The notes under the pieces were generated by a model. It saw only the letters and a list, made by a program, of their open reading frames with translations. It was not told where the DNA came from and made no database searches. A stretch of 53,358 bases of DNA from Alphaproteobacteria bacterium (GTDB lineage: Bacteria; Pseudomonadota; Alphaproteobacteria; JAJTHO01; CANGYM01). Position numbers and translations under genes: made by a program. Positions 20,664 through 29,807 of the stretch are shown here, piece by piece (within the stretch, counting starts at the first letter, position 1; each line of letters begins with the position of its first letter). The DNA is taken from contig CANGYP010000003.1 in NCBI GenBank assembly GCA_947458235.1, positions 1 through 53,358 on the forward strand, given 5' to 3'.

Positions 20664-20949
20664 ATTTGCGGATCCCGTGCTTTCCCTTAATCAAATTGCG
20701 TGTGGATCGTTTGCTATAGGCCCATGCGGGGACAAGGGTGGCCATATGGGGCTCCCGCGCCCCTTGGGCGGCCAAAACCATATGGAAAACAATCAGGGAA
20801 ATGATAACTAACAACGGGCTGATTTTAAATAACCCCCACGCATACACAATGCCCAAGGCATGCAAGCCCATGTTAATGATGGCAGGGATCATGGGGGCCC
20901 AAAACAGGGTGGGGGGACTGGCAACAGCACGCATGACTTTTTCTGGCAT
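20653..20949 (-). CDS. virB3: VirB3-family type IV secretion membrane protein
   Basis: RAVASPPTLFWAP (VirB3 .ltRP.l.GvP-like), two TM helices, REPH; RBS before ATG at 20949; overlaps virB4 start. Confidence 0.82.
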   Translation of the reverse strand: MPEKVMRAVASPPTLFWAPMIPAIINMGLHALGIVYAWGLFKISPLLVIISLIVFHMVLAAQGAREPHMATLVPAWAYSKRSTRNLIKGKHGIRKYVP

Positions 20950-20980
20950 GGGAGAACCTTCCTGACAATACCCCCAGAGT

Positions 20981-21550
20981 TTAGGGGCCATTGGTTAAAT
21001 AATTCACAATGGCACCAGCAGAGGTGATAATCGCCAACCCTGCCGTTAACGCAAACAACCACCGAAACGGAAATTTCCCAAACAGCCCCATAATCCCCAA
21101 GGCCGCTGCCGCAACCCCGCCCAAACCGAACAGGACATTGCGGGTATCTGTAAATAACACCTGTCCTGTGTCCCCAATGACCTTGGCTGTTTCCGCATAG
21201 GTTGTCACATTCTGGTTGGGTTGTACAACCTCTTTATAAAGCCATTCGCACATGGCGGGGACCAAGCTGGCGATGACCAGCGCGGCCATGACGGTAAACA
21301 GCCAGCCCCAAGGCATCTGTCCCCCATACATGGCCCGAATGCCAATGCCCAGCATGGCCAGCGTGCCTAGGGCATAGATGATGGGTTTGGAACTGTTGAT
21401 GATTTCGCTGCCTTTGATCACAGCCTCTGAAAATGGATTGTCGGGGCCGGCGTTAACGCTGCAGGCGGCCCCAGTGGTGGCCGCTGACGCCTGTCCCCCC
21501 AGTCCCATGAGCATCAAAACCATCGCAAAAAGGATCATCCGCGGGGCCAT
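20981..21550 (-). CDS. Tandem double TrbC/VirB2-like pilin (189 aa)
   Basis: Signal peptide plus two hydrophobic hairpins, each with a G(Q/K)(M/F)P(W/F).WL motif. Confidence 0.78.
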   Translation of the reverse strand: MAPRMILFAMVLMLMGLGGQASAATTGAACSVNAGPDNPFSEAVIKGSEIINSSKPIIYALGTLAMLGIGIRAMYGGQMPWGWLFTVMAALVIASLVPAMCEWLYKEVVQPNQNVTTYAETAKVIGDTGQVLFTDTRNVLFGLGGVAAAALGIMGLFGKFPFRWLFALTAGLAIITSAGAIVNYLTNGP

Positions 21551-21562
21551 AGAGAGGGGTTC

Positions 21563-22216
21563 CTAGTTGGTTTTGGGTATGCTGTAATCGAGAGGTTGTA
21601 AAGTGCCACTGATGTTATCGTTGGGATTGGCAAAATTATCGCCCCCGACGTTATCGCCCCCCATAACCCCCACAACATCGGCCAGTTGCGCGGTAAAGGT
21701 AAAGCCCCCCAAAATGGCCATCATCCAGCCCCACCGAAAGCGGCCCGATAAAAACGATACGGCGGCCACGCCCATGGCCCCAAAGGCCCCCACGCCGTAC
21801 AAAACCTGCTTTAAACTGACGGCCACGGTGTCGCTGAATTTTTCTGTGGTTTGGAACAGCTCAACACCGTTGGATGTATAGCCGCTGTAGGCCCTGTATT
21901 GCTCGCGGACGGATCCATAAAATTCAGGCATGATGGACAAAAACGCCAAGGATCCGATATAGGCAAAAAAGTATCCCCACGGCCAGCGCCCCAACAGGGA
22001 CATGATAATCAGGCCAATGGCCCCCAAGCCCGCCAAACCAAACGCCACCCCGCCCATGTTATCGGCCATGCTGTTGGCGGAACCCTCTAATTTCGCGATG
22101 GGGGATTTTGCAATGGCGGCCGCTGTTTGGGTGAAAACAACCATCAGGCCCAAAACCAAAACCCCCCACCACAGCCCGCCGCCCAAACGTCGGAAAAAAC
22201 GGGGGGCGGGGGACAT
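21563..22216 (-). CDS. Tandem double TrbC/VirB2-like pilin (217 aa)
   Basis: Signal peptide plus two units: GLGAIGL..LGRWPWGY and GAFGAMG..SGRFRWGW. Confidence 0.78.
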   Translation of the reverse strand: MSPAPRFFRRLGGGLWWGVLVLGLMVVFTQTAAAIAKSPIAKLEGSANSMADNMGGVAFGLAGLGAIGLIIMSLLGRWPWGYFFAYIGSLAFLSIMPEFYGSVREQYRAYSGYTSNGVELFQTTEKFSDTVAVSLKQVLYGVGAFGAMGVAAVSFLSGRFRWGWMMAILGGFTFTAQLADVVGVMGGDNVGGDNFANPNDNISGTLQPLDYSIPKTN

Positions 22217-22250
22217 GGCGGGGGACTCCTGAATTGTTGATATAATGAAA

Positions 22251-22607
22251 TTAATCGCTGGTTTCTAGGCCACCAAGATTGGTTCCACCTCCAGCGAGGT
22301 TTTCAACAGCAAGGTTGTAAAGCCCAATCAGGGCCAATCCGCCGACCAGTCCAAAAAACCACCCCCATTGAAAGCGGCCAAAGAACGCCAAGGCACCCAA
22401 GGCTACGGCCCCTAAGCCGCCGATTCCATAGGAAATGGTGCGGCTGGCCTTGGTGGCGTCCCCGACGACACCTGACACCTCGGTGGTAATGTTTTGGCCC
22501 GTCAGCTGTCCATTCCCCCATGTGACTGAATTGTTAGCGAATGCTGGGGGGGAAAAAGCCATAAAGGCAACAAACATAAGACTGAAAAGGGTGAGTAAAT
22601 GTTTCAT
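22251..22607 (-). CDS. TrbC/VirB2-like pilin (118 aa)
   Basis: Signal peptide ending AFA, hairpin GGLGAVALGALAFFGRFQWGW. Confidence 0.85.
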   Translation of the reverse strand: MKHLLTLFSLMFVAFMAFSPPAFANNSVTWGNGQLTGQNITTEVSGVVGDATKASRTISYGIGGLGAVALGALAFFGRFQWGWFFGLVGGLALIGLYNLAVENLAGGGTNLGGLETSD

Positions 22608-22661
22608 AAGGGGATCTCCTAGTGATATTTGGATTTGTTAGATTCTCTCTATCCAAGATGG

Positions 22662-23012
22662 TTAAGGTGTACTGGTTTTGAGGTCGCTAAGGTTGCCTCC
22701 CCCTAGGTTGGTAACGGCCAAGTTGTAAAGCCCAATCAGGGCTAATCCGCCAACCAGTCCGAAAAACCATCCCCATTGAAAACGGCCAAAGAACGCAAGG
22801 GCCCCCAAGGCCACAGCCCCCAATCCCCCAATCCCATAGGAGATCGTGCGGCTGGCCTTGGTGGCGTCCCCGACGACACCTGACACCTCGTCTGTTATGG
22901 GACTGCCTTTGAGGTTCCCCGGAGCCCACTCCACTGGGCCAGCGGCGGCTGGGGGGGAAAAAGCCATAAAGGCAACAAACATAAGACTGAAAAGGGTGAA
23001 TAAAGATTTCAT
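22662..23012 (-). CDS. TrbC/VirB2-like pilin (116 aa), paralog of 22251-22607
   Basis: Same core as neighbour; start MKSLFTLF at 23012 with GGAG RBS. Confidence 0.85.
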   Translation of the reverse strand: MKSLFTLFSLMFVAFMAFSPPAAAGPVEWAPGNLKGSPITDEVSGVVGDATKASRTISYGIGGLGAVALGALAFFGRFQWGWFFGLVGGLALIGLYNLAVTNLGGGNLSDLKTSTP

Positions 23013-23064
23013 AAGGGTATCTCCGTTGATGTTGGTGTTCTGAGGGTGTTGGTTATGGTGTGCA

Positions 23065-23430
23065 TCAAAAGGGATCCCCCGTAAAAGCGGTGACGCCTGT
23101 GCCATAAAGGCCCACCAGCATCAATCCCCCCATCAATCCCCATAACCAGTTCCAATTAAAGCGGCCAAAAAACGCAAAGGCTGACAGGGCCACGACCCCA
23201 AGGCCGCCCAAGCCATAGCTGATTTGCCGCCCAGAAGATGCACTTTCATCCACAAAGGTTTCCATTTTTCCAATCACTTGATCGGGGGATTTAAAAGATC
23301 CTGTGGTGGTGGTGGGCCATCCCGCTGCATCGGCAGTTGTGGCGTGACCACACAGCAAAAGGCCAGCCAAAATCACAATCCCCAAAACACGACCACAAAG
23401 ATCGGAAAACGACAGAACGGCGTTTGTCAT
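23065..23430 (-). CDS. TrbC/VirB2-like pilin (121 aa)
   Basis: Signal peptide, ISYGLGGLG..AFFGRFNWNW core. Confidence 0.82.
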   Translation of the reverse strand: MTNAVLSFSDLCGRVLGIVILAGLLLCGHATTADAAGWPTTTTGSFKSPDQVIGKMETFVDESASSGRQISYGLGGLGVVALSAFAFFGRFNWNWLWGLMGGLMLVGLYGTGVTAFTGDPF

Positions 23431-23469
23431 GGCACGGGACTCCTTCGGTGCATTTTTTTATATTCAAAG

Positions 23470-23485
23470 TGTGACATTGGTCACA
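23470..23485. promoter_or_regulatory. CRP/FNR-family-type operator TGTGA-N6-TCACA
   Basis: TGTGACATTGGTCACA, a perfect match to the CRP core consensus, upstream of the first pilin gene. Confidence 0.65.
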
Positions 23486-23491
23486 TTTTTT

Positions 23492-23520
23492 ACCTTAAGA
23501 CATTTTTAACTATCTGTCAA
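23492..23520 (-). promoter_or_regulatory. Sigma70-type promoter of the pilin/T4SS operon with overlapping CtrA box (23495-23510)
   Basis: Minus strand TTGACA-17 nt-TAAGGT; plus strand TTAA-GACATTT-TTAAC equals the full CtrA consensus. Confidence 0.7.
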
Positions 23521-23618
23521 AGCTTTTTTTAAATTATTTTGTATTTTATAGATGCCCCAGCGTGACGCGTGTGCTTGGGATTCAATGCCAAAACGAACGT
23601 CAGCGAGAACCGTTGGGT

Positions 23619-24719
23619 TTACAGCGATAGATCCCCACCAAAAACGGCCCGATGTTTGAAAGCATGGTCCAGCAGAACACACGCCACCATGGCCTCGGCC
23701 ACGGGGACGGCGCGAATGCCGACACAGGGGTCGTGGCGGCCCTTGGTCCGCATCATGACATTGTCACCCGTCATGGTCATACTGCGTCGTTCCGTCAAGA
23801 TAGAACTGGTGGGTTTGACGGCGATACGGGCGATAATGTCTTGGCCTGTGGAAAGACCGCCCAGAATGCCGCCTGCGTGATTGCTAAGAAAATGAACTTT
23901 GCCATCCTGCATCACCATTTCATCCGCCGCTAAGCGACCATCGGTGGCAACGCAGCCAAAGCCGTCCCCGATTTCCACGCCTTTGACGGCGTTAATACTC
24001 ATCAGGGCCTTGGCCAGATCGGCGTCCAGCTTGTCATACACGGGATCACCCAAACCAACAGGCACGCCCGACGCCCGAATTTCCACCAGTGCCCCCAAAG
24101 AGCTGCCGTCGCGGCGGGCCGTATCCACCACATCCTGCCACACTGGCACGATGTCAGGATCTGCGGCAAAAAAGGGATTGCCCTGAATCCATAGAGGGTC
24201 CCAGACTGCTTGTGGGGCTGCGGGCACCGTGCCGATTTGCACAACCGCGCCTTGCAAGGACAGGCGCTGGGGCCACAACACCCCCAAAACCTTTCGCGCT
24301 ACCGCCCCCGCCGCCACCCGCATGGCCGTTTCGCGGGCCGAGGAGCGTCCACCCCCCCGATAATCCCGGTGTCCGTACTTCATAAAATAGGTGTAATCGG
24401 CATGACCTGGGCGGAAACGGTCCTTAATATCCTCGTAATCCTTTGATTTTTGGTCTTGATTATGAATCAGCAGACCAATGGGCGTGCCCGTAGTCATACC
24501 CTGAAAGACACCCGAGAGAATTTCGACCTTATCCTCCTCTTGCCGCTGGGTAACGAAACGGGATGTTCCTGGGCGGCGAAAGTCCAAATAATACTGAATA
24601 TCGGATTCGGTGAGGGGAATTTTCGAAGGCACACCGTCCACAATACAGCCAATGGCGGGACCGTGGCTTTCGCCAAAGGTCGTGATTCTGAAAATGTCGC
24701 CAAAACTGTTTCCTGCCAT
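23619..24719 (-). CDS. aroC: Chorismate synthase
   Basis: [29 protein letters not shown]. Confidence 0.98.
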   Translation of the reverse strand: MAGNSFGDIFRITTFGESHGPAIGCIVDGVPSKIPLTESDIQYYLDFRRPGTSRFVTQRQEEDKVEILSGVFQGMTTGTPIGLLIHNQDQKSKDYEDIKDRFRPGHADYTYFMKYGHRDYRGGGRSSARETAMRVAAGAVARKVLGVLWPQRLSLQGAVVQIGTVPAAPQAVWDPLWIQGNPFFAADPDIVPVWQDVVDTARRDGSSLGALVEIRASGVPVGLGDPVYDKLDADLAKALMSINAVKGVEIGDGFGCVATDGRLAADEMVMQDGKVHFLSNHAGGILGGLSTGQDIIARIAVKPTSSILTERRSMTMTGDNVMMRTKGRHDPCVGIRAVPVAEAMVACVLLDHAFKHRAVFGGDLSL

Positions 24720-24724
24720 GGCGT

Positions 24725-25546
24725 TCAGGCGTCATCGCCCTTGAAATACCGCTGGGCCACGTCAACGGCGCACATGCCGATGCTGTGATAGCCCGCGTCC
24801 ACATGGTGCACAATCCCCGTCACGCCATCACTGAGGGAACTCAGGAGATACAAAGCACTGCCCCCCACCTGTTCAATGGTGACGTTGCGGCGCAAGGGGG
24901 CGTTGTGTTCATTCCATTTTAAAATATACCGAAAATCCCCAATGCCAGAGGCCGCCAATGTGCGAATAGGCCCAGCAGATACCGCATTCACCCGCACGCC
25001 GCGGGGGCCCAGATCACAGGCCAGATAGCGCACGCTGGCCTCCAGCGCGGCCTTGGCAACGCCCATGACGTTGTAATGGGGCATCATTTTTTCCGCCCCG
25101 TAGTAGGTCAGGGTCAAGCAACTGGCTGATTCCCGCAATAACGGCACTAAATGCCGCACCATGGCCGTGAAGGAATAACAGGAAATGTCCATGGTTTGAC
25201 GAAAATTGTCCCGCGTCACGTCGTAATAGGGGCCCTTGAGTTCATTTTTGTCCGAATAGGCGATGGCATGGACAAAAAAATCAATCCCCTCTGGCCAGAC
25301 TTTGCCCAGATCGGCGGCCAATGTGGCCATGCTGTCTTCATTCCCCACATCACAGGAAAAGACCAAGGATGTGTTGAGACGCTCTGCCAAGGGCATCACC
25401 CGTTTTTTCAGGGCCTCCCCCTGATAACTCAGGGCAATGTCCGCACCCGCCTGATGCAGGGCAGAGGCAATGCCCCACGCGATGGATTTGTCGTTGGCCA
25501 CCCCCATAATCAGGCCTCGTTTCCCGTGCATCAATCCCTGTGTCAC
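24725..25546 (-). CDS. fabI: Enoyl-ACP reductase FabI
   Basis: [37 protein letters not shown]; GTG start with GGAG RBS. Confidence 0.97.
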   Translation of the reverse strand: MTQGLMHGKRGLIMGVANDKSIAWGIASALHQAGADIALSYQGEALKKRVMPLAERLNTSLVFSCDVGNEDSMATLAADLGKVWPEGIDFFVHAIAYSDKNELKGPYYDVTRDNFRQTMDISCYSFTAMVRHLVPLLRESASCLTLTYYGAEKMMPHYNVMGVAKAALEASVRYLACDLGPRGVRVNAVSAGPIRTLAASGIGDFRYILKWNEHNAPLRRNVTIEQVGGSALYLLSSLSDGVTGIVHHVDAGYHSIGMCAVDVAQRYFKGDDA

Positions 25547-25615
25547 GTCTCTGTTCTCCGCACACTGTGTTCCCAAAAAAAGGTTTATACGACCAATTCC
25601 TGCGGTGGGCAATCC

Positions 25616-27238
25616 TTAATCGTCTGGATTTCGCTTGCCGTCCCCTGCGGCCTCTGCCGTGCCCACCAACGCGATGGAGGGCAGCCAACGATACAGGACG
25701 GAACGGGGAAAAATGTCAATGGACACCCGCGCATGGGTTCCCGGCTCCTGATGCCCCGCCGTCCCCCGCAGAGGTTTCAGATACACCGACGTTAACGATG
25801 GATCCTGCATAACCATCGGTGAGAGGCCATAACGTTCTGTGGCCGCCACGGGGCGGATATCCACCACGCGGGCGGGCATGTCCCCCGCACGGTCGCCCAG
25901 AGCGACGCCCGCTTTGTCCCCTACTTGGACACGGTTCGCAACAGAGGCGGGCAATCGGGCCTCGATCAACGAGGCTTCACCCGCATCCTCCTGCAAACGC
26001 ATCACGATGCTGCCCTGATTGACATAGGCTTGGTGGCTTTGGGCCGATACGATCCGACAATCACATGGGCTGGTCAGGGTTAAACCGTCAGTACGATCGT
26101 CCAGCAAGCGCCGCTGCCGTAACAGGATTTCGTATGCGGCCAGTTTTTCAGAGATTTCCTGATCCCAATCTTGTGGGGTCCGTCCCCCCGCCGTATCCAG
26201 AGACATGATGGCCATTTGCACGTCTGTTTTGGCTTGGTCCAAGGCGGCCTGTGCCTCATCCACGCCCGCTTGGGCCTTGGTCACGTCCACCTGAAGGTCA
26301 CCCCATTTGATCTGGCTCAGATAGCCTTTCTGGTGCAAGGGGGCCAAGCGCTTCTGACGGTCTTTGGTTTGGTCGTACTCAGCCTGCGCCGCCCGCAGCC
26401 TGTGTTCTTTCTGACGCCGTGTCTCTTGGGCCGCCTGCTGGCGAAAGGACACCCGTAGGCCCGCATCCTGTTTTTTGTCCTTCAGGCCCTCAATTTGTAT
26501 CCGCAAAAATGCCATGTCGTTTTGCAACCGCGCCTTGGCTTCTTCCAATTTTGGGGAGCTCAGGGCACCGATGATTTGGCCCTTATGCACACGGCCAGAA
26601 GGTTGTACCAATGTGTTCCAAACCAGCTGACCAGATTCAGGGGCTGTCACCATCCGCATAGGCACCGTGACGGCCGCAAAGGGTGCGGACGCATAAATCC
26701 GAAAAAACGTCTGCCACAAAGCCCAAACCGTCCCCACCAGCAGTAACACCACCAACGCGGCGAACAGGGCGTAACCCCGATGCTTACGACGTAAAAAGGC
26801 TTGTTGAAGCTGATCTTGGGGGGCGGGCGAGGGCGTAGGATGATCCGCTTGCTCTTGATCTGCCGTATGCGGGGCGTCCCTCTGATTGTCAGCGTGCAGC
26901 GGGGGTGGCGCAATCTGGGGGTGATGGGGATTCTGCCCGCCCAGCACGTCATCTAACCCGCTTTGTTGACGCATGTCCTGCCACACCAAAGTGCCGACAT
27001 AGTGATGATGACACCGCGAGACCCCCTCCACCGTGCCCCGCAGCGTGAGGGCATGGCCCTCATAAACAATATCCACCGCAACAGGGGTATCAATCACCAA
27101 AGGATAATCAAAGCGACCCACCAGACGATCTCTGGACAGATGATAAACCTCGGCTGAGAGGCGAGGCCAAGACCCTTGTCGGGCACCCTGCAAAGACTCC
27201 TGAGCGTCTAAGACTAAACTGGACTTTGGCATCATCAT
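25616..27238 (-). CDS. Alg44-like protein: degenerate PilZ-like domain, TM helix, HlyD/membrane fusion domain
   Basis: TM at about residues 155-178, long coiled coil, LTSPCDC motif typical of Alg44, N-terminal beta-rich segment. Confidence 0.72.
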   Translation of the reverse strand: MMMPKSSLVLDAQESLQGARQGSWPRLSAEVYHLSRDRLVGRFDYPLVIDTPVAVDIVYEGHALTLRGTVEGVSRCHHHYVGTLVWQDMRQQSGLDDVLGGQNPHHPQIAPPPLHADNQRDAPHTADQEQADHPTPSPAPQDQLQQAFLRRKHRGYALFAALVVLLLVGTVWALWQTFFRIYASAPFAAVTVPMRMVTAPESGQLVWNTLVQPSGRVHKGQIIGALSSPKLEEAKARLQNDMAFLRIQIEGLKDKKQDAGLRVSFRQQAAQETRRQKEHRLRAAQAEYDQTKDRQKRLAPLHQKGYLSQIKWGDLQVDVTKAQAGVDEAQAALDQAKTDVQMAIMSLDTAGGRTPQDWDQEISEKLAAYEILLRQRRLLDDRTDGLTLTSPCDCRIVSAQSHQAYVNQGSIVMRLQEDAGEASLIEARLPASVANRVQVGDKAGVALGDRAGDMPARVVDIRPVAATERYGLSPMVMQDPSLTSVYLKPLRGTAGHQEPGTHARVSIDIFPRSVLYRWLPSIALVGTAEAAGDGKRNPDD

Positions 27239-27411
27239 AAGACCACCATCCTATCATACAGCACAAACGCCAAGCTTCCCTAAAGGACTCTTTGGCCCTT
27301 AAGGAATACAATCGTAGGTTATATTGTCAAGATAAAATATACACATTGTAGGAGCAACTTGATCATGTCCTCCTTAGCTAATGAGACATGCCTGCTTTAA
27401 TCCTTTGATTT

Positions 27412-28239
27412 TTAAAAGAACTGAGGTTTAGAGATGACCGTATTGCAAAACACATCGGCTAGGGGCTGCTCTGTGCTTTGACGGCTGATCCGCCATCCTC
27501 GCTGCGCCGCAAGGGTATCGAGGGCATGCATATGCGCGGCATAACGGGTTTGATAGGATGGGCGCAAGGCCTGTGCATTCTCAACCAAACAATCCGCGCC
27601 CCCTGCCAAATCCCGAAACCGAATGGGTCCTTGATAGGGAAACGCGACCTCAACCGGATCATAAACCACAAACAGGTGCACATCATCGGTGGTTATGGTG
27701 GCAAACAGGGCAGCCAAGGTTTCCTGTGCGTATAAAAAATCCGAACACAAAACCATCATATCGGCGGGGGGTATGGGGCCTTGGGGAAAAACAACCTGTT
27801 TGTCCAGATCCCGCTCCAGAGGCACAATATCATGATAACGGTGATGGGAACCACCCTGAAGGCTGATGAGCCAATCCCCCTGCCGCGCCATGGCCCAGCC
27901 CCATGCCAAGGCCATCACGTCCGCCTGATGCTGCTTAGTGCGTTCTGCCGTGGTAAAGCCCATGGTGGGGCGGCGATCCACCCACAGGGTCAGGCTGCTG
28001 GGCACGGCATCTTCGTGCTGCTTGGTTAACGGCTGGCGATATCGGGCCGAGGCTCGCCACGCAATGCGGGCAGCATCATCTCCCGCCGTGTAGGGGCGAA
28101 ATTGCCAGAATTCCGTTCCCTGTCCCCGACGGTGGCGCGGGGCGGCCCCCTGCCAAGGGCGTGGTTGATGGCTGAGCGGCATAAACGGGGGGATCAAGAG
28201 ATCCGACAGGGCCAAAGCTTCGCCAACGCGGGTGATCAT
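27412..28239 (-). CDS. DUF58 domain protein
   Basis: G.GTEFWQFRPY..GDD..RI.WRASAR, SDFL, DPVE..FPY. Confidence 0.92.
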   Translation of the reverse strand: MITRVGEALALSDLLIPPFMPLSHQPRPWQGAAPRHRRGQGTEFWQFRPYTAGDDAARIAWRASARYRQPLTKQHEDAVPSSLTLWVDRRPTMGFTTAERTKQHQADVMALAWGWAMARQGDWLISLQGGSHHRYHDIVPLERDLDKQVVFPQGPIPPADMMVLCSDFLYAQETLAALFATITTDDVHLFVVYDPVEVAFPYQGPIRFRDLAGGADCLVENAQALRPSYQTRYAAHMHALDTLAAQRGWRISRQSTEQPLADVFCNTVISKPQFF

Positions 28240-29012
28240 GGCTTTTCAGCAGTCATGGGGCCCGTAGTTTGCCCATGCACAAACTGTTGAACGTAGGGGT
28301 TGTCCGTCGTGTCCATGGCGGTGATATCGCCCTGCCAGATAACTTTGCCCTGATGCAACATGGCCACGCGGCTGGCGATATGGCGCACCGAGGTCATATC
28401 GTGGGTGATGGTGATGGCCGTGGCCCCAACCTTTTGCACGCACGAAACAATCAGATCGTTAATGACGTTGGACATAATGGGATCTAAACCCGTTGTGGGC
28501 TCGTCAAAAAAGATCACATCGGGATTGCCCGCAATGGCTCTGGCCAAGCCTACGCGTTTTTTCATGCCCCCTGAAAGTTCCGCAGGATAAGCCTCGGCCA
28601 GACGCTCGGGCAATCCCACATCCTGCAATTTTTCCAGTGCCAAGCGGCGGGCGGCCTTGCGGTCCATTTTTTGGCCATATAGCAGACCAAAGGCCACATT
28701 TTCCCAGATCGTCAGACTGTCAAAAAGGGCAGCCCCCTGAAACAGCATACTGAAACGCCGCAGTATGGCCTGTTGTTCGCTGCGGGGCAGATGGAACAAA
28801 TCCCGATCATCCACCAAAACTGACCCCCCGTCGGGATACAGCAGGGCGCAAATGGTTTTGATCAACACGGATTTTCCCGTGCCCGACCCCCCAATGATGA
28901 CCAAAGACTCCCGCGGGGCCACATCCAAATCAATGCCCGAGAGGACAACGTTCTTGCCAAAGGCCTTGGTTAATCCCCGAAGCGTCAGGCGCGGCGGCAT
29001 TTGGGAAGCCAT
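28236..29012 (-). CDS. mlaF: MlaF-type ABC transporter ATP-binding protein
   Basis: GGSGTGKS, LFQGAALFDSL, ELSGGMKKRV, DEPTTGLDP. Confidence 0.92.
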   Translation of the reverse strand: MASQMPPRLTLRGLTKAFGKNVVLSGIDLDVAPRESLVIIGGSGTGKSVLIKTICALLYPDGGSVLVDDRDLFHLPRSEQQAILRRFSMLFQGAALFDSLTIWENVAFGLLYGQKMDRKAARRLALEKLQDVGLPERLAEAYPAELSGGMKKRVGLARAIAGNPDVIFFDEPTTGLDPIMSNVINDLIVSCVQKVGATAITITHDMTSVRHIASRVAMLHQGKVIWQGDITAMDTTDNPYVQQFVHGQTTGPMTAEKP

Positions 29013-29016
29013 TATC

Positions 29017-29784
29017 CTAAACTCCAAAAAACAGTGCTGTAATCACAAAGTTGGCCACCAGAATCAAAATGGACGCCGCCACAACGGCGTAGGTGGTGGC
29101 CGCCCCCACCCCCTGCGCCCCACCACGGGAATAATACCCGTGATAACACCCACAAATGGCAATGAGCAGGCCAAAGGTGGCGGCCTTCACCAGCCCCGAA
29201 AACACATCCATGAATTCCAGCGTTTCAAAGGTGCTTTTGAGATATGACCCCGCATTAAACCCCAACTGCGACACCCCAATCACAAAGCCGCCCATGATGC
29301 CGATAATATCGGCCACAATCACCAGCAGGGGCATCATCAGGGTCGCCGCCAACAACCGCGGGGCCACCAGATATTTCATAGGATGGGTAGAAAGCATCTG
29401 CAGGGCATCAATTTGCTCCGTCACCCTCATGGTGCCCAGCTCGGCAGCGATAGCCGCCCCCACGCGCCCCGCCACCATCAGGCCGGCCATGACGGGGCCC
29501 AGCTCCCGCGTGATGGACAACACCACAATGGCAGCAATGGTGGATTCTGAATTAAAGGACGAAAAGCCCGAATAGCTCTGCAAAGCCAGTACCATTCCCG
29601 AAAACGCCGCCGTTAAACCCACCACAGGGAGAGAATAAAACCCAATATCCAAAAACAAACGCCCCACAGTACGGGCATAAAACGGGGGCCGCACAATGTG
29701 GCTGAGCGCCACTAAGGCAAACAGGGCAAAATGACCCGCTTTTTGAAAAAACGAAAGAAGGGCCCGCCCGATGGATTGCAGCAT
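29017..29784 (-). CDS. mlaE: MlaE-type ABC transporter permease
   Basis: RELGPV, AELGTMRVTEQIDAL, GGAQGVG.ATT. Confidence 0.95.
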   Translation of the reverse strand: MLQSIGRALLSFFQKAGHFALFALVALSHIVRPPFYARTVGRLFLDIGFYSLPVVGLTAAFSGMVLALQSYSGFSSFNSESTIAAIVVLSITRELGPVMAGLMVAGRVGAAIAAELGTMRVTEQIDALQMLSTHPMKYLVAPRLLAATLMMPLLVIVADIIGIMGGFVIGVSQLGFNAGSYLKSTFETLEFMDVFSGLVKAATFGLLIAICGCYHGYYSRGGAQGVGAATTYAVVAASILILVANFVITALFFGV

Positions 29785-29807
29785 ACCTAGGGTTTGCCCT
29801 TCTTTGA

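Noticed and set aside
13651-23430. ICE or conjugative element interpretation of the virB cluster
   Set aside because: No integrase, relaxase, coupling protein or att repeats seen; composition mostly like the host genes
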